Shown piece by piece: positions 28,962 through 37,656 of a DNA stretch of 37,656 nt. Numbering within the stretch: position 1 is the stretch's first letter; every line of letters begins with the position of its first letter. A program made the position numbers and the translations under genes. Source of the stretch: a virus. Its lineage: Duplodnaviria > Caudoviricetes. The stretch covers positions 1 through 37,656 of IMG/VR virus record IMGVR_UViG_3300017780_004600, one strand, 5' to 3'. Below the pieces are notes generated by a model, which ran no database searches, was not told the origin of the DNA, and saw only the letters and a program-made list of their open reading frames with translations.

Positions 28962-29669
28962 TTATCTAAACGATGTTTTGTAATTATCGTTACTTGGTGC
29001 CCCTCCTGGTTGGAAAGAACTTTTAATATCTGAAGAATTAATGTCTGTTACATCATCCGTTGTTAAAACATAATCATTTTTTCCAGTCTTTTCCATCTCT
29101 TCGGACTTATCATCAAAAAATTGTGATAGTTTTTGATTGAATGGGTAAGAATCGTATGTTCTTAATTCTAATTTTTCTTGCGGAGTTTTTTCTCTGTATT
29201 TTTCAATTTTAGCTTCAAGACTATTTAATTTATTCATTATATTGTCCATCTCACCAAGTCTTGATTGTAAATTATCTAATTGACCAAATAAGTTATTAAA
29301 ATATTCTTCTTGTTTTGTTTCAATATTTTTTTGAGAATCTACTAAATCAGTAATATCAAGTTCTTCCGAATCTTCGTTTCCTTTACTGGAATTATTATTG
29401 GAACTATCATCAGGATTCCCTTCATCATCAAGTTTTTCAATATCAGGGTCATTCGCAATATCAATTGGTTGACCACTTTTCGGCGCTGGTGGTGGAACCG
29501 CTCCAACCTCTGAAGGAGGTGGTGGTGCTCCTGCCCCAACATCTCCTGCTGCTGGTGCCAATGGCCCTAAATCTTCAGGAGGTAGCGCTTCATCCGCTGC
29601 CTGTTCTGTAATATATTGATTAATACTTCTATATCTCTCAATTTCGTTTAATATTTTTTTATCTATCAT
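28962..29669 (-). CDS. Acidic, Pro-rich, coiled-coil hypothetical protein (235 aa)
   Basis: Helical N-terminus, APPPP/acidic disordered middle, heptad pattern LFGQLDNLQSRLGEMDNIMNKLNSLEAKIEK. Confidence 0.8.
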   Translation of the reverse strand: MIDKKILNEIERYRSINQYITEQAADEALPPEDLGPLAPAAGDVGAGAPPPPSEVGAVPPPAPKSGQPIDIANDPDIEKLDDEGNPDDSSNNNSSKGNEDSEELDITDLVDSQKNIETKQEEYFNNLFGQLDNLQSRLGEMDNIMNKLNSLEAKIEKYREKTPQEKLELRTYDSYPFNQKLSQFFDDKSEEMEKTGKNDYVLTTDDVTDINSSDIKSSFQPGGAPSNDNYKTSFR

Positions 29670-29673
29670 TGTA

Positions 29674-29898
29674 TTATCCGTTTAATAATTGTTTAATTCC
29701 TCCTGCGGTTTCAACTCTAACTTTTCTGTTAATTGTTGTTTGATGACCCGCTCTCTCAATAAGACCATCTCTTTCTCTGATTGTATAACAATCTCCTGTG
29801 TCTAAATCACAAACTTGTTGTGTTCCATCACCGTTATCTGTTTGAGAAACTCTTGTTGATTTCCCAAGATAGTTGTCTAATGCTGATTTTATGTTCAT
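29674..29898 (-). CDS. Small hypothetical protein (74 aa)
   Basis: Fills the gap, has its own TATTTATA box and A-rich leader; contains VCDLDTGDCY. Confidence 0.75.
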   Translation of the reverse strand: MNIKSALDNYLGKSTRVSQTDNGDGTQQVCDLDTGDCYTIRERDGLIERAGHQTTINRKVRVETAGGIKQLLNG

Positions 29899-29912
29899 AA
29901 AATTGTTTTTAT

Positions 29913-29920
29913 TATAAATA
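29913..29920 (-). promoter_or_regulatory. Late-promoter-like box TATTTATA
   Basis: 14 nt upstream of the ATG at 29898. Confidence 0.65.
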
Positions 29921-29930
29921 TGTTGTTATG

Positions 29931-32900
29931 TTATAAAGTGAAAACATCACTTAGTATTGTTTGAGTCAGTACTTGCCCATTAATTGGTGATGTAAATCCA
30001 TATGGTCTATATTGAACTTGTAATCTAAAAGACCCTAATTGGTTAATAGTTATTTCATTTGTATAGCCTGTCGAAACTCCACCACTACTGCTAGAATTAA
30101 CTACTTCGTATGTGTTGGCATCTAAAATTTTACTACTAACAACATTTTGTTCATTAAAAGGTTTTTCAGTACTAAAGTTATATGTAATATAACCTCCTAC
30201 GGGTTTTTTAATATTGTAATAACTCCACCCACTACCTTGTAAACTAATATAGTCAGTATATCTAATTAATGAAAGTTTTTCTGGCGGGAATGTTAGAGCG
30301 GTTTGACTTGTCGGTATATTGTCAACAGGTACTTGAGATTGATTAGGTAAAGTATACCAAACTTTAAATGGAAATTGTTGTGTAACAGGTTGTTCTTGCC
30401 CTTTATAAGCTTTAAGAATAAACACAATATCTATTTGTGTTTTACCTTCAATTTTTGGAATATCATTAATAAAATAACTTTCAACTTCAGTTAAGGTGAT
30501 ATTAAATTCTCCATTTGTAACTTGTCCCCCAACACCATTAGTTGATTTTGAAATATATTTTCGGGTAACAACATTATCAACTTCTTCTAACTGATAAACT
30601 GTATAACTCATATCCGCATTAGGTGATAACACCCATCCGGTTGCCTGAGGATTTATCTTAACATTTAATGATTGTGTTTTACTAGCGTTTAACTGAACCG
30701 CAGTTCCTATCATAGTGACAGGTCCAGTCGTTTGTGGATTTATATTTGTTCCAGGTACAACATTACTCACAGTTGTGGCTGTTGTACTTGCTACAGGAGT
30801 ATTTGCTGCCTCAGGATTTGTAATTGAACCCGGTGATGTCATAGATGTTCCACTTAATGATGGATTATAGTTAAATAAAGTTCCTCCTGAGAATGAACCA
30901 TAATCTGTTGTAATACCAATTTGGGTGTAAATGTTAACCTCACCTGTGAATATTTTAGGTACTACAAATCTTATTAAAGTATCATTAACAACGGTAACAC
31001 TACTAAATGGTACTAATACATTAGCAATTTTAACTTCTTTAGTTGTTATTAAATTTCTACCATTAACTTGGATAACCGTTCCTGTATATCCTGATAATGG
31101 TGCAATTGTTGTATAGACAGGTGGAGGACAAGTTTTACCCGCCAACGCTGGAAGTGGTGTTGGTGTTGGTGTAACTCCAGGGGTTTTACCTTTTTGTTCT
31201 GTCTTTTTAATTGTTAATTTAAGGTCTTTAGAATCCGAAATAGTTGATAACCCAACATCAACCGCAGAATTTAACGCACTGTATAATGTTTCTTTAGTTT
31301 GTTTAAACTCACCAATATGTGAATCGTAATAGTCTTCAGAAACATTATCTGTTGGCCAATGACAAACATACCATTTTGCAAGACCCATCTCTAATATTTG
31401 GTCAATTCTTGGTGTTAATCTTCCAATCATAAATCTAATATAAGATTCAATTGTATCAAAATGCGCAATTGGTTGAGACGAACTTGACGATGGATTTGTT
31501 TTAACTTTTACACAACTATAATTTCTACCTATTAATGTATTTTGTCCACCCCAATCTGTATTTAACGAAATTAACGCCAAGTTATTATCCCATCCATTAA
31601 ACGAGTTAACTTGGAATGTTCTAATATATGATAAAGAGTAAATAATAATTTGAAGCTCTTTACTGTTTGGAGCGACTTTTAATAAAACATCTGCTAATGT
31701 TTTTGGTGTTATTTGAGTTAATGTACCTTTAACACTTTGATACCCATTTACAAATGAACTATTAATATTAGAAACACAAGCATTTGTTGTGTCTAAAGTG
31801 TTATCCGCCTTTTGCGGTACTTGAGTACTCTTAATTGTATTTGTTGTACCACTAATAGTAACACTATCTTTATTAATTTTTAGAATTTCTTCAAGTTTAG
31901 TTAATAGATTTTGATTAATGCTTTGTAAGAAATTATCAATAGCCGGTAAATCAAATATTCCTTGTCTAATACCTGTAAAGGTTGTTTGGAAGTTACCCGA
32001 TTGGATACTATGGTCTACAGATTGAATCATATAAGGCCCATTAAACATTGGTACATGTCTAAGATTAAAGTACATTGTTGGTTGTATTAGGGCATTACCT
32101 AATGATACAACAGTACATTTATAACTTCTATTTTTATAAAGATTGTATAAACTAACATTTTGAGTTGCCGTTTGTCTTCCTGACGCTTGGTCAACCATGT
32201 TCAATTGAGTGTTGATTGATTCTGATGTTGCAACACCATTGTCTTGTGACACACTAAATGAGTAGAATATGTTTTGATTTCTAATACCAACATCTACAGT
32301 AAACCCAACACACTTATTAGAAACGGCCCAATCTGTTTTACCTTGTTGATTTTCAATTAAAGGGTTTTCGGAGGCTCTTCTCATCTCAAAAGCATCATCT
32401 CTATATTTAAAATTACCTTTAGGTAAATCTAAATATTGTGATGGTTTACCTGCATAAAAACAAACCATTTTAGGACCTGATTTTCTATAATCAACATCCA
32501 AAAATGTTCCCCATAAACTATCCGCAAACGCCAATGAACCACCACTACCTAATGGTGTTTTAACACCATCAGCATCTTGTACATTATAAAAATTAACATA
32601 TGCCGGCAGGTTCATCACATTAAAATTATTTTTAATAAGAATACCACTAATAAATGTATAAACACTCATTGCTTGATTTAATGAATACTCTCCTTCTTTT
32701 CCACCAACACCGAACATATACTTTAAATCAAAAATATCTATTAATATAGTGTCACCAATATTTCTTGAAGCCCTATCTAAAAACATTATATCTTCAAATA
32801 AAGTTTTGGTTGTATAATCTCCACCAGATATCCATTTATCATTTAAAGCTTTAAAAACTTCATAATTTTCAACTTTACTTTGGTCCCCACTTATAACACT

Positions 32901-35900
32901 TTGTATTGCTTTTTCAGGTAATTGTTGTTGGTTAGGTAATATTGCGTTTAATCCTGATAACAAACCATTTAAAAAATTACCCTGTAAAGTAGACTCTAAG
33001 TCCAAATACTCATTTAATTTATTTTTAAATTGAGCAACCGTTATTGTTGGTGATTTTAATTTTTGAGTCGCGTACATTTTAATTATTGGTGCCAATAATA
33101 TCACATTCTGTGCGGTAAACTCTATATTATTATCAATAAAGAAATCGGTAATGTATGAACCATTAGATGTGTAAATAACATTTGCAATTGTTGAAAATCC
33201 GACTTGAGTTTCTAATTCGAACCACGCTGCCGAGTTATTAATTTTAGATTGTTGTAATGTTATTCCACCAACAATTGTTGGTAAACTATTTTTAACATAC
33301 GGATTAAATGTTATAGGGTCCGCAACTTCAATTGGTCCATTAAATGATAGATAAGAATTAAGAATTCTTCTATTATAATTTGATGGATTTCCATATCTAA
33401 AAAGAACATCATATTGCATGAAATTAGTAATGTTATTTTGAAACACATCATATTGTGTAGTAATAACATTATTAAAATAATCCGTTTCTAATTCACTTGT
33501 TTTTTTAGCAGGTACTTCCATTAAACTTTTAAATAAAGATTGGAAGTTTCTAAGTTTAGAATTAAGATTAACTGGACTTTGATTATAAGTCACCACCTCT
33601 ACTCCCAACTCAATATCTGTATCAGGTTTACACCAATTTAAAAATTCTTGTTCAAAAGAATCCAATATTCTCTTATCAAAAACTGAAAATATCTCCTCAA
33701 TCTTTGAATAATTATTGTCGGTTAAAAACTGTACAGGTGATTGTTCACTACCTGTTGTTATATTATTAACATATGAATATGGGTCAGGATATGATATTTG
33801 GGTATTATCATAGTATCCAAAATTAGTTGCCGGCCATAAACATCTAACAGAACCATTATAGACACTAGTGTTATTTGTAAGATTAACTTTAGTTCCTGGT
33901 GATGTCGTTTCTCCTGTCATACAAGTACCAACAGTTTGGTTAAATGATGTCCCAAATGATGGGATAACAAAATAAGTTTCCCCTTTAGTGTTATTTGTTG
34001 GGTCACAATCCTCATCATCTTCAGGTACATTATTAGGTAACATCACAGACCATGTTATTAGTCTTAAACTTTTACCATTTTGAGTACCATTATTAATGTT
34101 TGACCCTAAAAAATTATACATCTTTAATCCGTCATTAACACTTTGTTGTATTTCACTATTTGTATAACCTGTATACAAATCATATCCATTATAAAAGAAA
34201 TTAAAATCGTTGATTAATTTTGGATAAAACCCAACTTGCATGTTAACATCTGTTGTTGTTTCACTTTGTAAAACAACATTTCTATTAATACCACTGTATT
34301 TGAAGCTATATTGTACTGAGGTACCTGTTGTTATACCTGTTATTATTGCGCCTGTTGAGGTAGTACCAGTTGTAGTACCAGTTGTCACCGGTGTTATTGG
34401 ATTATAATTTTTAGAATAGTCGAAATCTTTCCAAGCAGTTTTTAATATATCGACACCTGTTTGTTTGTATTTTTTGTATCTATACCATATTGACCCATAT
34501 TTTAATATCCAAGCATACGGTATTTTATGTATCGCACCATACTTCTTAAAACAAGATGAGATATAATCTAATTCAGTTACAGTATTATCCGATACTGATT
34601 TATATTTTTCTCTTAGAGTCGCCAATGGTAATGAATTAATAAATAAATAACCCGCTTGAACATAAGGATATGTGTTACCCGAAATTCTTGAACTATCAAT
34701 ACCATTTTGAATAGCATTAACAAAATATGGAGTATTCAACATAGATGTAGTTGTTATCGGACTTAAATACCCTGTCGGTGTCGACCCATATACAAATCCT
34801 TCGGTGGCAATAAAATTGACTGGTGTTCTTGTTTTGTAGAAATCTGATAATCCAGGTATTGGACCATTAAAAATACCTAACCCTATTGCAACAATTGTTG
34901 GATTTTGTCCTAATAAATATGAAAAGTTTGTAACAGGTCTATTGGTTTTATAGTCAAAAATATCACTAAAATTTGCAATAATTTTTCTTGGTTCAAATAT
35001 CATCAAACTTTTTTTAGTTCCATATACTTGATTACCCATAGAACTAGCCCCTTGATTTAAATTGTTTTTACACCATGTTTGGTCGGTATATGGTATTGTG
35101 TCAACAATCATAGGGTCATTAGGCGCGTTATCTATTAACTTTTTAAGTCCTTCAGACTTTGTTGTTGTCTGTGGAATTTTACCAATTTCTCCAAGTCCTA
35201 ATATACTAAAAGAATCTTCAGTAATAGTTCTAAGATATGGCGTAACAAAAAAATCTCTAACATAATCTTGGTATGCTCGACCTGTTCCCATATTTGAAAT
35301 ATTCTTTAAAAATTCAGGATAATTGGCAGCATTTAACCCATAATTCTTTAATTTAAATGTGATGTATGGAGAACTTAAACCTAACCCGTTTTTTACATTA
35401 CTAATCTCAGCCTCAACATTAAGTTTAATTAAATCTTGAATTTGATTTAAGTTTGCTCTTGCAAATCCTGAATAATGTGAAGTTAAAAATTGTCTTTCCC
35501 ATATTTCATAAAAAAATTTAATTTCTTCTTTATTTGAATAAGCGATTCCCGTCGATGGGAACTCAATAGCATTAATATTAATAATATTAGTTTCTCTATC
35601 TGTTTCTAATGGTGGTGGAGCGTTTGGTGTTTGAAATTTTTGAGTAAGACCTTTCATATACTCCTCAACAAATTCAACTTCAGGCCATTTAGAATAATCA
35701 GCACCTCCAGTTAAATCAACAACCGATGGGTCCCCAATGTATTTTAATTGAAACCTTCCTTTTTTATCGTCCGCAGGGGTTTCGACAAAAAATTGTGGCC
35801 AAGGATAGACAGGTATTTGGGAGTTTTCCGCAGTTGTATTACCCAACAATGAACCTTGTGTTTGAACGACATGGTCTCTTGTTTCGGAACTTGGTGCGGA

Positions 35901-37655
35901 TGAAGGATTATCTAAGATTGCTTTTTTTCTAACAGGGTCATATTTTACATTCCAAGCCTTTGTATGCGTTTCATCCATTAATCTAATGAAAGCTTCCGCA
36001 GATGCCATAATAACGGCAATAATATTTCTCACTGTTGGTTTAAATCCAAGACCTGCGTCTTTATCTTCAATTTTTCTTAATAATTCTGCAGTAATTTTTG
36101 TTTCATATTCAGACAATTTTTTATTTGCTTGTGTCTCTAAAGATGAAATTGTTGAATCGAATCTTCCATTACCTTCAAACACAAAAAATGGTGGTTTATT
36201 TTGTGTGTATTGTTTTTTTCCATTAACAGTTACCTCATTAATAATTGGTGTAGTTAATGAAGTATATTGTGATGTAACAGAATCAATAACTTCTTGACTT
36301 GGTTTAGGATTCCCCGTTTGAGCAGTAGCCGTTGCTAACCAATCAAAATCAGTTGTATTTGGAGGGTCAATTTTAATCATACCAATTTTAATTGGGTTAG
36401 GTATTGGGGCAGTACCCTGAGTACCTAATGTTGGATTTCCTGCCAACCCTTCATTAAATTTTTTGATATTACTTTCTAATAATGAAATTGCGGTATTTTG
36501 GACTTCAATACTAGTGCTTTTAAAAACATAAGTTTTTTCACCACCTTTTAAAACTAAAGGATTTGGATTTAAATATGTGTTAAACCAAGAAGTGGTTGCT
36601 CCTCTAACATTTGAAAAATATTGGGTTAACACCCCTTTATAATTTCTAATATTAGTTAGTGATTCAACCTCAGTTTTGTCAAACGACGCCATAATTTGAG
36701 CCTCAAACATTTCTAATTTAGACATTAGTTGGACTACAGTTAATTCTGGTAAATCTTTTGAAATCAACCCTTTGGATTTATATTCACTATAAACCTCAAC
36801 AATCTTTTGATATCCTCTTTCCGCAATTAATTCAGTTACAATTGCATCGGGGCTATTAACATTATTAAATGTTTTCGCTGCTTGAGTTTTAGATTGTGAT
36901 TCCGCAGATTTATTTGTTTGTTGTGGTCCAACAGGTGATTGACTTAAACTAAAACTTTGAGAAAACATGTGTGGTGTTGCCAAAAGATGTCCCATGGCAA
37001 TCTCATTTAAGATATTAAACTTGTATCCTTTAAAAGTAAGTGAAACTTGGTAATTACCACTCACAGAATTAAATCTGGCGTTAAATTTTTCTAAATTTAA
37101 TTGATATCGGATTGCCTGTCCGTAATAACCTTTTAGTGTTAAATAAAATGGAGGATATGGTAAATTAAAAAAGGCAGAATATGGTGAATTATTCCCCAAT
37201 TGGAATAAAGCTTTACCCTGAACATCTTCTAACTCCATAGTTACCGATGGTATAAATGATGAATTTGTAGTAACATGTATTTGAGTAATACCTAACAAAC
37301 CATTATCCATAACATTTGTTTCATTTGAAACTGTGTTAACAATATACGGTTTTTCTCCACTTTTAGGTATTTGACCTACTTGTAGTGGTTGGTTAGTTCC
37401 ATCAAATTTTGTAACATTTTGTCCTGTTAATTCGTCATAATATCCCGTTCCAAGATAATTATTTTTACTTGGTTTTAAAAAATTCATTTTGGCCACAGAA
37501 ATTGTTCTTAACCCACTGTCTTCAGGACTTATCCCTACCGCAAGTTTTGTTCTTGGAAGTACTTCCGCTTCCAAATTTGCATACATAACAAGATTTTCGT
37601 GGTCAACTAATCTCTCAGAAACTTGACCATCTTTAGTTGTTTTGTTTGGGTCAAC
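29931..37655 (-). CDS. Giant baseplate hub-like protein (gp27/gpD/VgrG-type) with C-terminal IPT/TIG domain; 5' end outside the window
   Basis: Frame stays open upstream of 37586 to the edge (VDPNKTTKDGQVSERLVDHENLV-MYAN). Hub-like C-barrel SYKCTVVSLGNALIQPTMYFNL...FNGPYMIQSVDHSIQSGNFQTTFTGIR at about 31960-32130; IPT/TIG-like PVYTTIAPLSGYTGTVIQVNGRNL...VNDTLIRFVVP at about 30865-31127. Confidence 0.7.
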   Translation of the reverse strand, partial: VDPNKTTKDGQVSERLVDHENLVMYANLEAEVLPRTKLAVGISPEDSGLRTISVAKMNFLKPSKNNYLGTGYYDELTGQNVTKFDGTNQPLQVGQIPKSGEKPYIVNTVSNETNVMDNGLLGITQIHVTTNSSFIPSVTMELEDVQGKALFQLGNNSPYSAFFNLPYPPFYLTLKGYYGQAIRYQLNLEKFNARFNSVSGNYQVSLTFKGYKFNILNEIAMGHLLATPHMFSQSFSLSQSPVGPQQTNKSAESQSKTQAAKTFNNVNSPDAIVTELIAERGYQKIVEVYSEYKSKGLISKDLPELTVVQLMSKLEMFEAQIMASFDKTEVESLTNIRNYKGVLTQYFSNVRGATTSWFNTYLNPNPLVLKGGEKTYVFKSTSIEVQNTAISLLESNIKKFNEGLAGNPTLGTQGTAPIPNPIKIGMIKIDPPNTTDFDWLATATAQTGNPKPSQEVIDSVTSQYTSLTTPIINEVTVNGKKQYTQNKPPFFVFEGNGRFDSTISSLETQANKKLSEYETKITAELLRKIEDKDAGLGFKPTVRNIIAVIMASAEAFIRLMDETHTKAWNVKYDPVRKKAILDNPSSAPSSETRDHVVQTQGSLLGNTTAENSQIPVYPWPQFFVETPADDKKGRFQLKYIGDPSVVDLTGGADYSKWPEVEFVEEYMKGLTQKFQTPNAPPPLETDRETNIININAIEFPSTGIAYSNKEEIKFFYEIWERQFLTSHYSGFARANLNQIQDLIKLNVEAEISNVKNGLGLSSPYITFKLKNYGLNAANYPEFLKNISNMGTGRAYQDYVRDFFVTPYLRTITEDSFSILGLGEIGKIPQTTTKSEGLKKLIDNAPNDPMIVDTIPYTDQTWCKNNLNQGASSMGNQVYGTKKSLMIFEPRKIIANFSDIFDYKTNRPVTNFSYLLGQNPTIVAIGLGIFNGPIPGLSDFYKTRTPVNFIATEGFVYGSTPTGYLSPITTTSMLNTPYFVNAIQNGIDSSRISGNTYPYVQAGYLFINSLPLATLREKYKSVSDNTVTELDYISSCFKKYGAIHKIPYAWILKYGSIWYRYKKYKQTGVDILKTAWKDFDYSKNYNPITPVTTGTTTGTTSTGAIITGITTGTSVQYSFKYSGINRNVVLQSETTTDVNMQVGFYPKLINDFNFFYNGYDLYTGYTNSEIQQSVNDGLKMYNFLGSNINNGTQNGKSLRLITWSVMLPNNVPEDDEDCDPTNNTKGETYFVIPSFGTSFNQTVGTCMTGETTSPGTKVNLTNNTSVYNGSVRCLWPATNFGYYDNTQISYPDPYSYVNNITTGSEQSPVQFLTDNNYSKIEEIFSVFDKRILDSFEQEFLNWCKPDTDIELGVEVVTYNQSPVNLNSKLRNFQSLFKSLMEVPAKKTSELETDYFNNVITTQYDVFQNNITNFMQYDVLFRYGNPSNYNRRILNSYLSFNGPIEVADPITFNPYVKNSLPTIVGGITLQQSKINNSAAWFELETQVGFSTIANVIYTSNGSYITDFFIDNNIEFTAQNVILLAPIIKMYATQKLKSPTITVAQFKNKLNEYLDLESTLQGNFLNGLLSGLNAILPNQQQLPEKAIQSVISGDQSKVENYEVFKALNDKWISGGDYTTKTLFEDIMFLDRASRNIGDTILIDIFDLKYMFGVGGKEGEYSLNQAMSVYTFISGILIKNNFNVMNLPAYVNFYNVQDADGVKTPLGSGGSLAFADSLWGTFLDVDYRKSGPKMVCFYAGKPSQYLDLPKGNFKYRDDAFEMRRASENPLIENQQGKTDWAVSNKCVGFTVDVGIRNQNIFYSFSVSQDNGVATSESINTQLNMVDQASGRQTATQNVSLYNLYKNRSYKCTVVSLGNALIQPTMYFNLRHVPMFNGPYMIQSVDHSIQSGNFQTTFTGIRQGIFDLPAIDNFLQSINQNLLTKLEEILKINKDSVTISGTTNTIKSTQVPQKADNTLDTTNACVSNINSSFVNGYQSVKGTLTQITPKTLADVLLKVAPNSKELQIIIYSLSYIRTFQVNSFNGWDNNLALISLNTDWGGQNTLIGRNYSCVKVKTNPSSSSSQPIAHFDTIESYIRFMIGRLTPRIDQILEMGLAKWYVCHWPTDNVSEDYYDSHIGEFKQTKETLYSALNSAVDVGLSTISDSKDLKLTIKKTEQKGKTPGVTPTPTPLPALAGKTCPPPVYTTIAPLSGYTGTVIQVNGRNLITTKEVKIANVLVPFSSVTVVNDTLIRFVVPKIFTGEVNIYTQIGITTDYGSFSGGTLFNYNPSLSGTSMTSPGSITNPEAANTPVASTTATTVSNVVPGTNINPQTTGPVTMIGTAVQLNASKTQSLNVKINPQATGWVLSPNADMSYTVYQLEEVDNVVTRKYISKSTNGVGGQVTNGEFNITLTEVESYFINDIPKIEGKTQIDIVFILKAYKGQEQPVTQQFPFKVWYTLPNQSQVPVDNIPTSQTALTFPPEKLSLIRYTDYISLQGSGWSYYNIKKPVGGYITYNFSTEKPFNEQNVVSSKILDANTYEVVNSSSSGGVSTGYTNEITINQLGSFRLQVQYRPYGFTSPINGQVLTQTILSDVFTL

Positions 37656-37656
37656 A

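Noticed and set aside
227-36297. Short ORFs in the track lying antisense to or out of frame within long genes (e.g. 227-427, 1652-1954, 15083-15385, 27948-28202, 35986-36297)
   Set aside because: Shadow ORFs overlapping well-supported minus-strand genes, without motifs or leaders; several result from repeats.
37584-37586. ATG at 37586 as the true start of the giant gene
   Set aside because: The frame is open to the window edge with ordinary coding sequence and no intergenic leader, so the start is probably outside the window.
1-37656. Diversity-generating retroelement or invertible tail-fibre cassette
   Set aside because: No reverse transcriptase or site-specific recombinase, and I saw no template/variable repeat pair or flanking inverted repeats; a self dot-plot would be needed to exclude this fully.

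Overview
AT-rich, gene-dense segment of a large tailed (myovirus-type) phage genome. All 21 credible genes lie on the minus strand and read in the standard code; the genes at both window edges are truncated. In transcription order (right to left): a giant (>2570 aa) baseplate-hub-like protein and two small unknowns; a terminator-bounded DNA metabolism block (gp32-like SSB, RecA/UvsX, 5'-3' exonuclease, DnaB/gp41 helicase, class Ia nrdB-nrdA); then a baseplate/fibre block (gp25, gp6/J-like wedge, a 1719 aa protein with a hydrophobic stretch, a gp7/P2-I-like wedge, a SprB-repeat protein, a Thr/Pro mucin-like protein and a Gly-Thr-Ser repeat fibre). A Bacteroidota-type promoter (TTTG-N20-TATATTTG) in front of the replication block, A-rich leaders without Shine-Dalgarno sequences and Bacteroidota-style surface domains point to a Bacteroidota host. 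A recurrent TATTTAT(A) box, the reverse complement of the T4 late promoter, marks the structural operons. I found no CRISPR array, RNA gene, intron or mobile element, and no clearly new stand-alone system. The best leads are the two-tier promoter layout, the host-adhesin-like domains on the tail and a G8 tract in the 1719 aa gene. All family assignments come from motif recognition by eye, not from database searches.
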